From a virus (taxonomy: Duplodnaviria > Caudoviricetes): DNA of 55,442 nt. Shown in pieces: positions 18,992 to 26,296 of the stretch; the stretch's first letter is position 1, and every line of letters starts with the position of its first letter. The position numbers were made by a program, and so were the translations under genes. The stretch covers positions 1-55,442 of IMG/VR virus record IMGVR_UViG_3300035661_000078; one strand, written 5' to 3'. A model generated the notes under the pieces. That model was not told the DNA's origin and did no database searches. It worked only from the letters and a program-made list of their open reading frames with translations.

Positions 18992-19296
18992 CCCAGGTTC
19001 TCCCGGAGGGTGGCCCCATGGTGGGCCAGGGCCCGTTCGATGGTCTCCCGGTGTTCATCCAGGAGGAGGCCACGCTCGGTCTCCAGGGGGCTCAGGTGGT
19101 CCTCAAGGAGCTGATCGTCGTCATAGACGCGGACACGGATCACCCCCCCGTAGAGGGCCGGTGGCGCGCCAGGAAGGCGGGGAAAGCGGACGACCAGCTC
19201 CGACACGTCCGTCAGACGATGGATGGGGAGGTAGGGCTCGCCTTCTTCTTGGAGGCGGCGCAGGCGGGCGCCGGGGTTGAGGGGTTCGTCGGTCAT
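18988..19296 (-). CDS. Hypothetical protein
   Basis: RBS GAAAGGA before MTDEPLN; divergent from the integrase. Confidence 0.55.
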   Translation of the reverse strand: MTDEPLNPGARLRRLQEEGEPYLPIHRLTDVSELVVRFPRLPGAPPALYGGVIRVRVYDDDQLLEDHLSPLETERGLLLDEHRETIERALAHHGATLRENLG

Positions 19297-19539
19297 GGGG
19301 TTCCTTTCTGCTGACCCGGGACGGACCCGGAAGGGGTTTTCAGCGATGGCAAAAAAGAGCGCATTAGGTTGCAATTACTAGATGCTGACATTAAGCTGGC
19401 TTCGGAGGTGCATGAGATGGGAAATCTCACCAACTTGATCCGTAGTGCTTGACCGGAGGGCGGGATCGCCTAAATTGTCAATGGCTCCCACGCTTTGCTC
19501 AGCATGATTTTCTAACACGCCTGCAGCAAGGGGTAATTT

Positions 19540-20721
19540 ATGCCGAAGCTCACGAAGCGCCTGATCGAAGACCTCAGCACACCAGGCCCCCGGATCGAGC
19601 TCTGGGATACCCAGACCATTGGCCTCGGGGTCCGCGTCACGGCCCTGGGCAGGAAAACCTTCACCTACCGCTACACCTACCATGGTACTGGCTACCGGCG
19701 GACCCTGGGAGAATGGCCGGCCCTGAGTCTAGACGAAGCCCGGGAGAAGGCCACCGCCCTGCGCCTGAAGATCCTCCAGGGGGAGCCGCCCCACCTTGAG
19801 GGGGAGCCCTCGACCAAGGATTGCGTCTTCGTGGATCTGGCGGATCGTTTCCTACGCCACCACATCATGCCGAAGCTGGCCGCCTCCACGGTGAAGAGCT
19901 ACCGCTGGATCCTGAAGGGCGTCCTCATCCCCGCCTTTGGCCCCTTGCGTGTGGCGGAGATCGAGGCCCACCACGTTGAAGGGTTCCACGCCTCCTTGTC
20001 CGACTCGCCGCGCACGGCCAACCTGGCCGTGTCCGTCCTCTCGAAGATGATGGAACTGGCGGAACGCTGGGGGTATCGCCCCCGGAACTCGAATCCCTGT
20101 CTCTACCTGGACCGGAACCCCGAGAACCAGCGGGATCGGCACCTCTCCGAGGAGGAGTTGGCGCGCCTTTGGAAGACGCTGGATCAGATGGACGCCACGG
20201 GATCGGAGAGCATCTGGCTCACCGCGGCCGTGCGCTTCGCGTTGCTCACCGGCTGCCGAAAGAGCGAGATCGTCGGCCTCGAATGGCGCGACGTGGACCT
20301 GGGCGCTCACACCTACCGCCTCCGCAAGCACAAGACCGTGGGGGTGCTGGGCCCCGTGCTCAAGCACTTGTCGAAGCCAGCATGGGACCTGCTGCAGGCT
20401 CTTCCGCGAAAGCCTGGAGTGGCCCTCGTCTTTCCGGGCCAGCGGCCCGGATGCCGGGTCCACCTGGATGATGGCTGGTTCCGCATTCGAGCAGCAGCCA
20501 AGCTCCAGGATGTCCATTTCCATGACCTCCGGCACACCTTTGGCACCTTGGCTGGCAGCGAGGGACTCTCCCTGCATGCCATCGGAGGGGCCTTGAACCA
20601 GACCTCCCTACGGACCACCCAGCGGTACACCCACCGGGTCGCTGCCGACACCCAGGCCGTGAACGACAAGGTGGGCGCTGCCATCCTCAAGGCTGCGAGG
20701 AGCTCGGCAGGACAAGACTAG
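19540..20721 (+). CDS. int: Tyrosine recombinase / phage integrase with N-terminal arm-binding (DUF4102-like) domain
   Basis: KLTKRLIEDL..LWDT...GLGVRV....KTF.YRY arm domain; TGCRKSEI, HDLRHTF and TTQRY catalytic motifs. Confidence 0.92.
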   Translation: MPKLTKRLIEDLSTPGPRIELWDTQTIGLGVRVTALGRKTFTYRYTYHGTGYRRTLGEWPALSLDEAREKATALRLKILQGEPPHLEGEPSTKDCVFVDLADRFLRHHIMPKLAASTVKSYRWILKGVLIPAFGPLRVAEIEAHHVEGFHASLSDSPRTANLAVSVLSKMMELAERWGYRPRNSNPCLYLDRNPENQRDRHLSEEELARLWKTLDQMDATGSESIWLTAAVRFALLTGCRKSEIVGLEWRDVDLGAHTYRLRKHKTVGVLGPVLKHLSKPAWDLLQALPRKPGVALVFPGQRPGCRVHLDDGWFRIRAAAKLQDVHFHDLRHTFGTLAGSEGLSLHAIGGALNQTSLRTTQRYTHRVAADTQAVNDKVGAAILKAARSSAGQD

Positions 20722-20742
20722 ATGGTTTCAATCGAGCTACCG

Positions 20743-20771
20743 GGCGGGGCCGGTTAGCTCGGGTGTTAGTC
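20743..20771 (+). mobile_element. attC-like half site (L' and R' only)
   Basis: GGCGGGGCCGGTTAGC-TCGGGT-GTTAGTC resembles the right arm of the 20970-21069 site; its TTA is the stop codon of the minus-strand ORF. Confidence 0.7.
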
Positions 20772-21020
20772 GTTGATATACTTCTCGACCCACAGGTTAT
20801 GCGCGTAAATATCGGATTTGGCGCAAGGCGCGCTATGGTCCTTCGCATGGACGCACCGTTTGTCCCCACAGATCGGGCACACAATCATGCGGGCCAAATT
20901 CAACGGGATTCCGTCCACTCGAAGATCGTGGGTCTGTATGCAGGCAAGGCAGGTGCATGGCGAGGCCGCGCCTAACCCGTCATTCGACTCGGGCCCTGCC
21001 TCAGGTGTGTTCTGGTCCAT
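20766..21020 (-). CDS. Cys/His-rich hypothetical protein (cassette-like; start lies inside the attC loop)
   Basis: CTCLAC...MIVCPICGDKRC.HA..H...C; RBS GAAGGGA and ATG lie within the attC-like site. Confidence 0.7.
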   Translation of the reverse strand: MDQNTPEAGPESNDGLGAASPCTCLACIQTHDLRVDGIPLNLARMIVCPICGDKRCVHAKDHSAPCAKSDIYAHNLWVEKYIND

Positions 21021-21069
21021 GTCGTCCCTTCAGGCCCACGGCGGGACCGGTTAGCTTGGTTTGTTAGGC
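20970..21069 (+). mobile_element. Complete attC-like recombination site (100 bp)
   Basis: GCCTAAC (R'') ... ATTCGACTCGGGCCCTGCC / GGCGGGACCGGTTAGC imperfect stem ... GTTAGGC (R'). Confidence 0.85.
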
Positions 21070-21070
21070 G

Positions 21071-21235
21071 TCAATCATCCGACCCCATGCCGACCAGATC
21101 CAGATAACTATCCCGCTCCGCTTTGCGTTCAGCCATGTTCATCATGGCAAGTAGGTGCTTCGTAGTTAGAGGCTTGTCGCCGTTCTTCTTGATCGAATAT
21201 TCCAGGATTTCCTTCAGGCATTCCCACTCATCCAT
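21071..21235 (-). CDS. Small hypothetical protein (cassette-like)
   Basis: RBS AAGGAG; MDEWECLKEILEYSIKKNGDKPLT; TGA stop lies 1 bp from the attC core. Confidence 0.65.
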   Translation of the reverse strand: MDEWECLKEILEYSIKKNGDKPLTTKHLLAMMNMAERKAERDSYLDLVGMGSDD

Positions 21236-21261
21236 GTCTTCTCCTTTTGTTTTCATCCCGC

Positions 21262-21317
21262 GCCTAACCCGTCGTCCCAGTAGACCCCGTTGGGGCCGCT
21301 GAACTCGGGAGCTAGGT
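21262..21317 (+). mobile_element. Degenerate attC-like site (56 bp)
   Basis: GCCTAAC..GTCCCAGTAGACCCC-GTT-GGGGCCGCTGAAC..GCTAGGT; homologous to 22521-22577; core GTTAG reads GCTAG and is still a stop codon. Confidence 0.75.
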
Positions 21318-21548
21318 CGTTCGATAGTCCGTGGTGATGTGGGTGGCGAGGATAGATCTGGCCGCTTCCACCTGGCCAATCAGATACCCAAGATCACATT
21401 CCTCGTCCTCACGGTTCTTGATGGCTCCCAGTATTTCGCTCAAGTCTTTCAGGTTCTGGTGCGCGTCTAGCAGCAGCCTTCGTGCAACTGGTGCGTCGTC
21501 GCAAAGTGGATCGCCTTCAACAACGCATGAATAAATGGACTTGCTCAT
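21312..21548 (-). CDS. Small hypothetical protein (cassette-like)
   Basis: RBS GAAAGGGA before MSKSIYSC; TAG stop within the attC core. Confidence 0.65.
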   Translation of the reverse strand: MSKSIYSCVVEGDPLCDDAPVARRLLLDAHQNLKDLSEILGAIKNREDEECDLGYLIGQVEAARSILATHITTDYRTT

Positions 21549-21568
21549 ATCGTCCCTTTCACGCTTGC

Positions 21569-21622
21569 GCCTAACCGGGCGCTGCACTCGGACCCTGCCT
21601 CGGGTGCGTTCTAGTTCGTCAT
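21569..21622 (+). mobile_element. attC-like half site (R'', L'' and part of the loop)
   Basis: GCCTAACCGGGCGCTGCACTCGGACCCTGCCTCGGGTGCGTTCT aligns with the left half of 20970-21069; right arm absent. Confidence 0.7.
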
Positions 21623-21654
21623 CTCGCCCGATCTGTACTCAGAGGCGCGGGGAG

Positions 21655-22413
21655 TCATGACATCTCCTTCCTGTGTGCCTCAGCCATACGTAGCGCCTTG
21701 GCCCGCACAAACTCAAAGGCCGCCACGCGCTCCTCAGATTTCGCGCTACCGTCATCAGGGAACTCGCTGGGGTTGCTATTGCGGATGCCGATGGCGTCCC
21801 ACTCATCCACTGAGTGGAAGAGGCATCCCATGAGCACGTAGGGCGCGCCGTCAACACTGACCGCAGCCCAGCATTGGTACTTGTAGAGACCTGTGAGCAC
21901 CACGACTGCGGCCAGTTTCAGGTCCTCGTATCTTGCACCGGTGAGTTTCGCCCCGACAAGATTCGCTCCGGAGAGATCGGCCCCGGCGAGGTCCGCCTCA
22001 TCGAGATTCGCCCCGGAGAGGTTCGCACCGGCCAGTTTCGCCCCAGCCAGGCCTGCACCGTAGAGGCTCGTCCTGGCAAGGTTCGCGCCATAGAGATCAG
22101 CATCGGTAAGGTTTACCATGTCGAGGTTCGCTCCGGTGAGATTCGCACCTGCGAGGTCTGTGCCGTGGAGGTTCGCCCCGGCGAGTATCGCCTTTGTGAG
22201 GTTCGCACCGGAAAGGTCCGCGTCAGAGATGTCGGCACCGGCGAGATCCGACCCGGTGAGATCGACACCGGAGAGATCGGCCCCATAAAGGTCCGCCCTG
22301 GAGTCTTCGTCACCCGCAAGCCATTTCTTGTGATTAGCCAAGACGGTCTGGAGCTTTGCGGGGGTATATCGTTGCAACGTCATCGGAGTTTCCTTCTTGG
22401 TGGTTCGGGTCAT
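21655..22413 (-). CDS. Pentapeptide-repeat protein
   Basis: Long run of A(D/N)LxG repeats followed by a non-repeat C-terminal domain; alternative start at 22383. Confidence 0.92.
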   Translation of the reverse strand: MTRTTKKETPMTLQRYTPAKLQTVLANHKKWLAGDEDSRADLYGADLSGVDLTGSDLAGADISDADLSGANLTKAILAGANLHGTDLAGANLTGANLDMVNLTDADLYGANLARTSLYGAGLAGAKLAGANLSGANLDEADLAGADLSGANLVGAKLTGARYEDLKLAAVVVLTGLYKYQCWAAVSVDGAPYVLMGCLFHSVDEWDAIGIRNSNPSEFPDDGSAKSEERVAAFEFVRAKALRMAEAHRKEMS

Positions 22414-22520
22414 GGGTTCGATCCGTGGAGTTGGGTTGGGTGTCTCTCAATCACTGTTCCGCGCTTATCGAAGATGATGAATTTCGTGTTTCTCGTGGTT
22501 CTCCTTTTGTTGGTTGATCG

Positions 22521-22577
22521 CCCTAACCAGTCGTTCCAGCGGACCCCGTTGGGGCCGCCGAGCTTGGGTCGTTAGGC
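22521..22577 (+). mobile_element. Complete attC-like site (57 bp, 59-base-element type)
   Basis: CCCTAAC CAGTC GTTC(C)AGCGG(A)CCCC GTT GGGGCCGCCGAGC TTGGGTC GTTAGGC; the unpaired C and A on the + strand correspond to the canonical extrahelical G and T on the bottom strand. Confidence 0.88.
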
Positions 22578-22579
22578 GC

Positions 22580-22894
22580 TCAATTACGCTTCAACCATTC
22601 ATAGAGTTTGCCTTTGATGTGGTCTGTCATCTTTGTTCCGAACGGACAAGTTTTGGCCCACTCGTTGGTCAATCCTCCGCTGTGGCAGATGAACTTCTCC
22701 AGTTTGTTGATGCGCGTTTGTAGGTGGGCCTCCCGCGCCGTGTAGCGTTCCCGTTCCTCAGCCCTGCCAGCCTCAAAAATAGCTCTCACCATATCGTTGA
22801 AGCTGAGGGGCATCCTTCGAAACACGTCGCATTCATCGTCCGTCAAGCGCCTAACCTGTCGCTCAAGTCGGACGTTGTCATCTTCCTCTCTCAT
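22580..22894 (-). CDS. Hypothetical protein with attC-derived N-terminus
   Basis: RBS GAAAGGAG; MREEDDNVRLERQVRR, where VRLERQVR is the attC arm read on the bottom strand; TGA lies 2 bp from the next attC. Confidence 0.7.
   Translation of the reverse strand: MREEDDNVRLERQVRRLTDDECDVFRRMPLSFNDMVRAIFEAGRAEERERYTAREAHLQTRINKLEKFICHSGGLTNEWAKTCPFGTKMTDHIKGKLYEWLKRN
22849..22874 (+). mobile_element. attC-like half site (R'' and L'') embedded in a CDS
   Basis: GCCTAACCTGTCGCTCAAGTCGGACG matches a classical attC left arm. Confidence 0.7.
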
Positions 22895-22911
22895 GCTTCT
22901 CCTTTCATGCG

Positions 22912-23244
22912 TCACTGCTCCATTAGCAGGTTGTATTCGAGGTTTCGCTTGGCTCGATCTGAACTGGCGCATTTCGAGCACAGGTTGGTATTCGGCGTGA
23001 TGCTGTGGTCATGCCCGTTGTCGGCAGGACCACCACACCATGGGCATTTGCTCGACCCGGGCCCTTGGGGCTGTGCATGTTCTCGGAGTTGAGAGCAGTT
23101 TTCTTCGTCGTGCTTTTCGGAGGGGAAGAACCAGCGGAGGCATTTTGGGCACTTCCGCTGCTTGTTCCCAGCCTTGATCTGAGCCTCTGCCCAGTCATGC
23201 CATGTGATATATCCTGCGGGGGATGGGCCGAATCGACGCTTCAT
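22912..23244 (-). CDS. Zn-finger-like hypothetical protein
   Basis: CPKC, CPWC and CSKC motifs. Confidence 0.6.
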   Translation of the reverse strand: MKRRFGPSPAGYITWHDWAEAQIKAGNKQRKCPKCLRWFFPSEKHDEENCSQLREHAQPQGPGSSKCPWCGGPADNGHDHSITPNTNLCSKCASSDRAKRNLEYNLLMEQ

Positions 23245-23251
23245 GGTTCCA

Positions 23252-23446
23252 CTAGGTGGACATTGGTGGATTTTCGATGAAGAACGGGCAGTAGAACGGC
23301 GGTGCTGTGGGGCTCAGGTCGGCAAAGATGAGGTGTCCAAGCCCCCTGCCATCGTCTGCCTCACAGTCCATGAAACAGGCGCAGGTATCGCGCTTGCCGC
23401 AGGTCGTTCCGATACACCGGTAAACATCGCGAGAAAGCTGGCTCAT
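23252..23446 (-). CDS. Small Cys-rich hypothetical protein
   Basis: DVYRC.G..C.KR.TC...CPFFI; ATGA coupling. Confidence 0.6.
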   Translation of the reverse strand: MSQLSRDVYRCIGTTCGKRDTCACFMDCEADDGRGLGHLIFADLSPTAPPFYCPFFIENPPMST

Positions 23447-23673
23447 GCCGTCCTCGCCGCCAGTTCCTTGCAGTACTCGATCAGTTCGTCCTGCATCCGC
23501 TTACCGTTGTCGCCAAGGGCAAACCTGATACGGGAGATCAGGTCGAAGGCGCTGGCGTTGTCCTTCCTGGCTTGTTCCAAGTCATCCCGCAGGGAATCCA
23601 GGGCGGGACGCCATACGGACTCGGGGGCATCACAGGTCAGCAGGCATTGTTCGAGGGTTGAAAGGTCAGTCAT
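23443..23673 (-). CDS. Hypothetical protein
   Basis: 76-aa ORF within the leftward operon. Confidence 0.6.
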   Translation of the reverse strand: MTDLSTLEQCLLTCDAPESVWRPALDSLRDDLEQARKDNASAFDLISRIRFALGDNGKRMQDELIEYCKELAARTA

Positions 23674-23695
23674 GTGGGGTGCCTCTGGGCATCTA

Positions 23696-23715
23696 CAGCT
23701 TGGTGTTTGTTAGAC
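23696..23715 (+). mobile_element. Possible attC remnant (R' and part of L')
   Basis: CAGCTTGGTGTTTGTTAGAC compared with TAGCTTGGTTTGTTAGGC of the 20970-21069 site; its TTA is the stop of the DUF551 gene. Confidence 0.5.
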
Positions 23716-24081
23716 GGTCGGGGGTTCAGGGAGGGGCATCCAGTGGGTCGGCTGGCAACCGTCCTCGATGGGCGCATTGGCATCGGCTTCCCAATCACGG
23801 GACCACTCATCACCTTCCCCGGTGTATGTGGCGATGGTGATGAGGCTGGTGTATCCAAGTTCGAGCATGCCGCCTTCGTTCTCATCCAGATAGATCAGCA
23901 CTTCCTGACCCTTCTCGGGGAGGCGGTCAGCGCAGGGAATCCAGCCTTTCAACTTTCGCTCCTTCTCTAGTGCGTCGAGGACATCATCTAAGACCTGGGC
24001 TGTTTCGGGGTCTGTGTTCGGCATAAACTTCTCCAGGCTGAACCCGCCTTCCATCGGTGTCTTTGCGGGGTGGATCGTCAT
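23710..24081 (-). CDS. DUF551-domain phage protein
   Basis: GWIPCADRLPE...VL....PTHWMPLPEPP. Confidence 0.85.
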   Translation of the reverse strand: MTIHPAKTPMEGGFSLEKFMPNTDPETAQVLDDVLDALEKERKLKGWIPCADRLPEKGQEVLIYLDENEGGMLELGYTSLITIATYTGEGDEWSRDWEADANAPIEDGCQPTHWMPLPEPPTV

Positions 24082-24224
24082 GGCATCCTCCGGGTCTTGG
24101 TGGTGTCGTGGGTGCGAGGCCCGCTGCGCCGCTCGTCGGGCGGGGGTAGCAGCAGGATCGTCACCAGGCCGAGGATGAAGAGGAAGAAGAGGCAGAGCTG
24201 ATATTCGAAGTTGGCGTCAAGCAT
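24078..24224 (-). CDS. Small membrane protein
   Basis: LCLFFLFILGLVTILLL TM helix. Confidence 0.5.
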   Translation of the reverse strand: MLDANFEYQLCLFFLFILGLVTILLLPPPDERRSGPRTHDTTKTRRMP

Positions 24225-24387
24225 TGGGCGCCTCATCTGTAGGCAATGGTTCCAGGTCTTCGATCCGGTAGGATGCGATCTCACCAGACCTCATCGCGCA
24301 GGCCACCGGGGCTAGGTCAACCATGACGAGCAGGAAGAACAACGTGACGAGTACCGCTTCCAGGTGGCGCGGGTTGATCCTTGGCAT
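24217..24387 (-). CDS. Small membrane protein (not in ORF track)
   Basis: Manually translated: MPRINPRHLEAVLVTLFFLLVMVDLAPV..., 56 aa, fills the operon gap. Confidence 0.45.
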   Translation of the reverse strand: MPRINPRHLEAVLVTLFFLLVMVDLAPVACAMRSGEIASYRIEDLEPLPTDEAPNA

Positions 24388-24389
24388 GC

Positions 24390-24572
24390 CTACTCTCCAA
24401 AGATGATTTCGTGCAGCGTGGCTGGCAGGGTCACGAGTACGGTGGGAGTCTCAAGGATCTGGAGGTAGATGCGCTCCCGCTCCTCGTTGCGGAGCTGCTT
24501 CAGCTCCTTGTCCTGGCGCTCCACCACGCGGCGGAGCTGGTGTTCGTTCATGTCTTCGATTTCGGAAAGCAT
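24390..24572 (-). CDS. Small coiled-coil protein
   Basis: RBS AGGAG; 60 aa. Confidence 0.55.
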   Translation of the reverse strand: MLSEIEDMNEHQLRRVVERQDKELKQLRNEERERIYLQILETPTVLVTLPATLHEIIFGE

Positions 24573-24581
24573 GCGGTGCTC

Positions 24582-25028
24582 CTAGGCAGCAGAGGGTTGG
24601 CGGGTCTTTGTGGCGAGCCGGTAGGCCTGGCTCTTCCGGCGGTGGTAGGCGCAGCGACTGAAGCCCTGGGCCCGCTCCTCGGGCGTCAGGTGGGTGGAAC
24701 AGCGGGTGCAGATGCCCCGCTTGCGATTGTTGGCCCGGTGCCGCAGCGTGATCTCGGCCTGCGCCTCGGCACAGGCGGCACAGGTCAACCTCCCCTCGAC
24801 GGGCTCACGATCGAAGCACACGGCACACCACCCCTTGGCGATGGCCTCCCGTCGCTTCTCGTGGAGTATGCGGGCGTTGTACTCCGAGCGTTTCTTTCCG
24901 CAACTCCGGCAGGTCTGCCGGTCTCGGCGATCCTCCTCCCGGGTTCCGCCACAATCCCGGCAGCGGCCCGACGCAAGGATGCGCTGGACACTCTGGGCAT
25001 TGCCGCGTCTTTTCGCTTTGGTGCTCAT
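24582..25028 (-). CDS. Basic multi-CxxC (Zn-finger) protein
   Basis: RBS GGAGG; three tandem G.CxxC...CxxC/H units. Confidence 0.7.
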   Translation of the reverse strand: MSTKAKRRGNAQSVQRILASGRCRDCGGTREEDRRDRQTCRSCGKKRSEYNARILHEKRREAIAKGWCAVCFDREPVEGRLTCAACAEAQAEITLRHRANNRKRGICTRCSTHLTPEERAQGFSRCAYHRRKSQAYRLATKTRQPSAA

Positions 25029-25181
25029 GGGAACCTCCCGAACAAAGTATTGCAAATCACACCGACTTTCAACGAAAAACGGTTGAGTTCATTAACAAGT
25101 TAAAACTATCCATTACAGGGGGTCATAACTTCTGTGTTGACATGGTGATATAAAGCCATCAACACACGCGAAGGTGGCCCC

Positions 25182-25841
25182 ATGACGCTCAAAGCGAATC
25201 CTTTTGTCACGGCTGTTGCCAACTACAAGGGCGGCGTGGGCAAGTCCACCGTGGCCGTCCACCTGGCGGCGCACCTGGGCGCCAGCCTCATTGACCTGGA
25301 TCAGAACGGGGACAGCGCCCGCTTCGGCCTGCGGGCAGGCCTCGACACCCATCGAATGCACGACGCCAGCCCGGAGGAGGTCTTCGATCTGGTGGCTCAG
25401 CTCCGCAAGGACGGCCGCAGCGTGGTGCTGGATTGTCCGCCAGGCTCCAGTTACCTGACCCAGGTTGCCCTCCTGACCTGCGACGCCGTGCTGTGCCCCA
25501 CGCGCCCCGGTCCCAACGATGTCTACGCCATCGGTCGCGTGAACCTCGCGGTGAAGGACGCGAGTTCGGCCCGCCAGGAGCCCATCCCCCTGCTCTACAT
25601 TTGCAACTTCTTCCGGAATACCGAGGTCGCCAAAATCTTCGTGGGCACACTTCAATCCTCCGACAAGGGGGAGTACATCGGCCGCATGTGGGAGCGGAAG
25701 GAATACGCCGAGGCGGTGGAGGCGGGCGTCCCGGTCTGGGACTTCGCCCCGAAGTCAACAGGTGCCGAGGAAATGCGGAACCTGGTTTGCTTCCTGGAGG
25801 CCACCCGCGGCTCCCGGGAGAAGGTGCGGCGACATGCCTAA
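25182..25841 (+). CDS. parA: ParA-family partition ATPase (short, type Ib-like)
   Basis: Deviant Walker A NYKGGVGKST, IDLDQNG and VLDCPP motifs; no N-terminal HTH. Confidence 0.9.
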   Translation: MTLKANPFVTAVANYKGGVGKSTVAVHLAAHLGASLIDLDQNGDSARFGLRAGLDTHRMHDASPEEVFDLVAQLRKDGRSVVLDCPPGSSYLTQVALLTCDAVLCPTRPGPNDVYAIGRVNLAVKDASSARQEPIPLLYICNFFRNTEVAKIFVGTLQSSDKGEYIGRMWERKEYAEAVEAGVPVWDFAPKSTGAEEMRNLVCFLEATRGSREKVRRHA

Positions 25842-26274
25842 GGAGACCTTCGAGGAGAAACGGGCCCGACTCATGGCCCATGTCCGGGAGGGGGAGCTGG
25901 ACTTCGCGGCCACCATGCGGCGGACAATCCCCGCGCCCGCCCCCGCGGAGGCGCAAGCTCCTTTGCCGGCCGCGCCCCTCCAGGCGGCCTCCCCTCGAGA
26001 CGAGGAGCCCCGAAATGCGTCCCCAGCCCTGCCAGAGCCCTTCCGGTTTTCCGAGGGGCGCAGCGCCAAGGGAGCCTCGCTCCGGGCCCGGGGCTGGCTC
26101 CCGGGAAACAGCCTCTATGATCCCGTGGTTCGGTCGGCGGCCATGCAGTTGGCGGACGACATGGGGATTCATTTTGCCGAGCTCCAGAACATCGCCCTGG
26201 GCCTCATCGTGGATCCCACCCTCCGGCCCCAGAAGGCCGAGGAAATGCTCCAACGGCTGCGCGACCGGCACTAA
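25834..26274 (+). CDS. Putative partition adaptor (disordered N-terminus, small helical C-terminal domain)
   Basis: Overlaps the parA stop; architecture resembles type Ib centromere-binding proteins (positional inference). Confidence 0.5.
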   Translation: MPKETFEEKRARLMAHVREGELDFAATMRRTIPAPAPAEAQAPLPAAPLQAASPRDEEPRNASPALPEPFRFSEGRSAKGASLRARGWLPGNSLYDPVVRSAAMQLADDMGIHFAELQNIALGLIVDPTLRPQKAEEMLQRLRDRH

Positions 26275-26296
26275 GGGGCCAGTCCGGCTGCCATCA

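Noticed and set aside
19378-19683. 101-aa minus-strand ORF as an excisionase or repressor
   Set aside because: It overlaps the integrase 5' end in antisense and shows no HTH pattern.
19540-20721. Integrase as a true integron integrase (IntI), giving a complete integron
   Set aside because: It has an arm-binding N-terminal domain and no visible IntI-specific insertion. The array lies downstream of the gene and no convincing attI was found; TCTAAC at 19511 is only an isolated core-like heptamer.
22912-23260. Additional attC remnants near 22930 (GTTGTAT) and 23252 (CTAGGT)
   Set aside because: Only short core-like words, with no L boxes or complementary arm.
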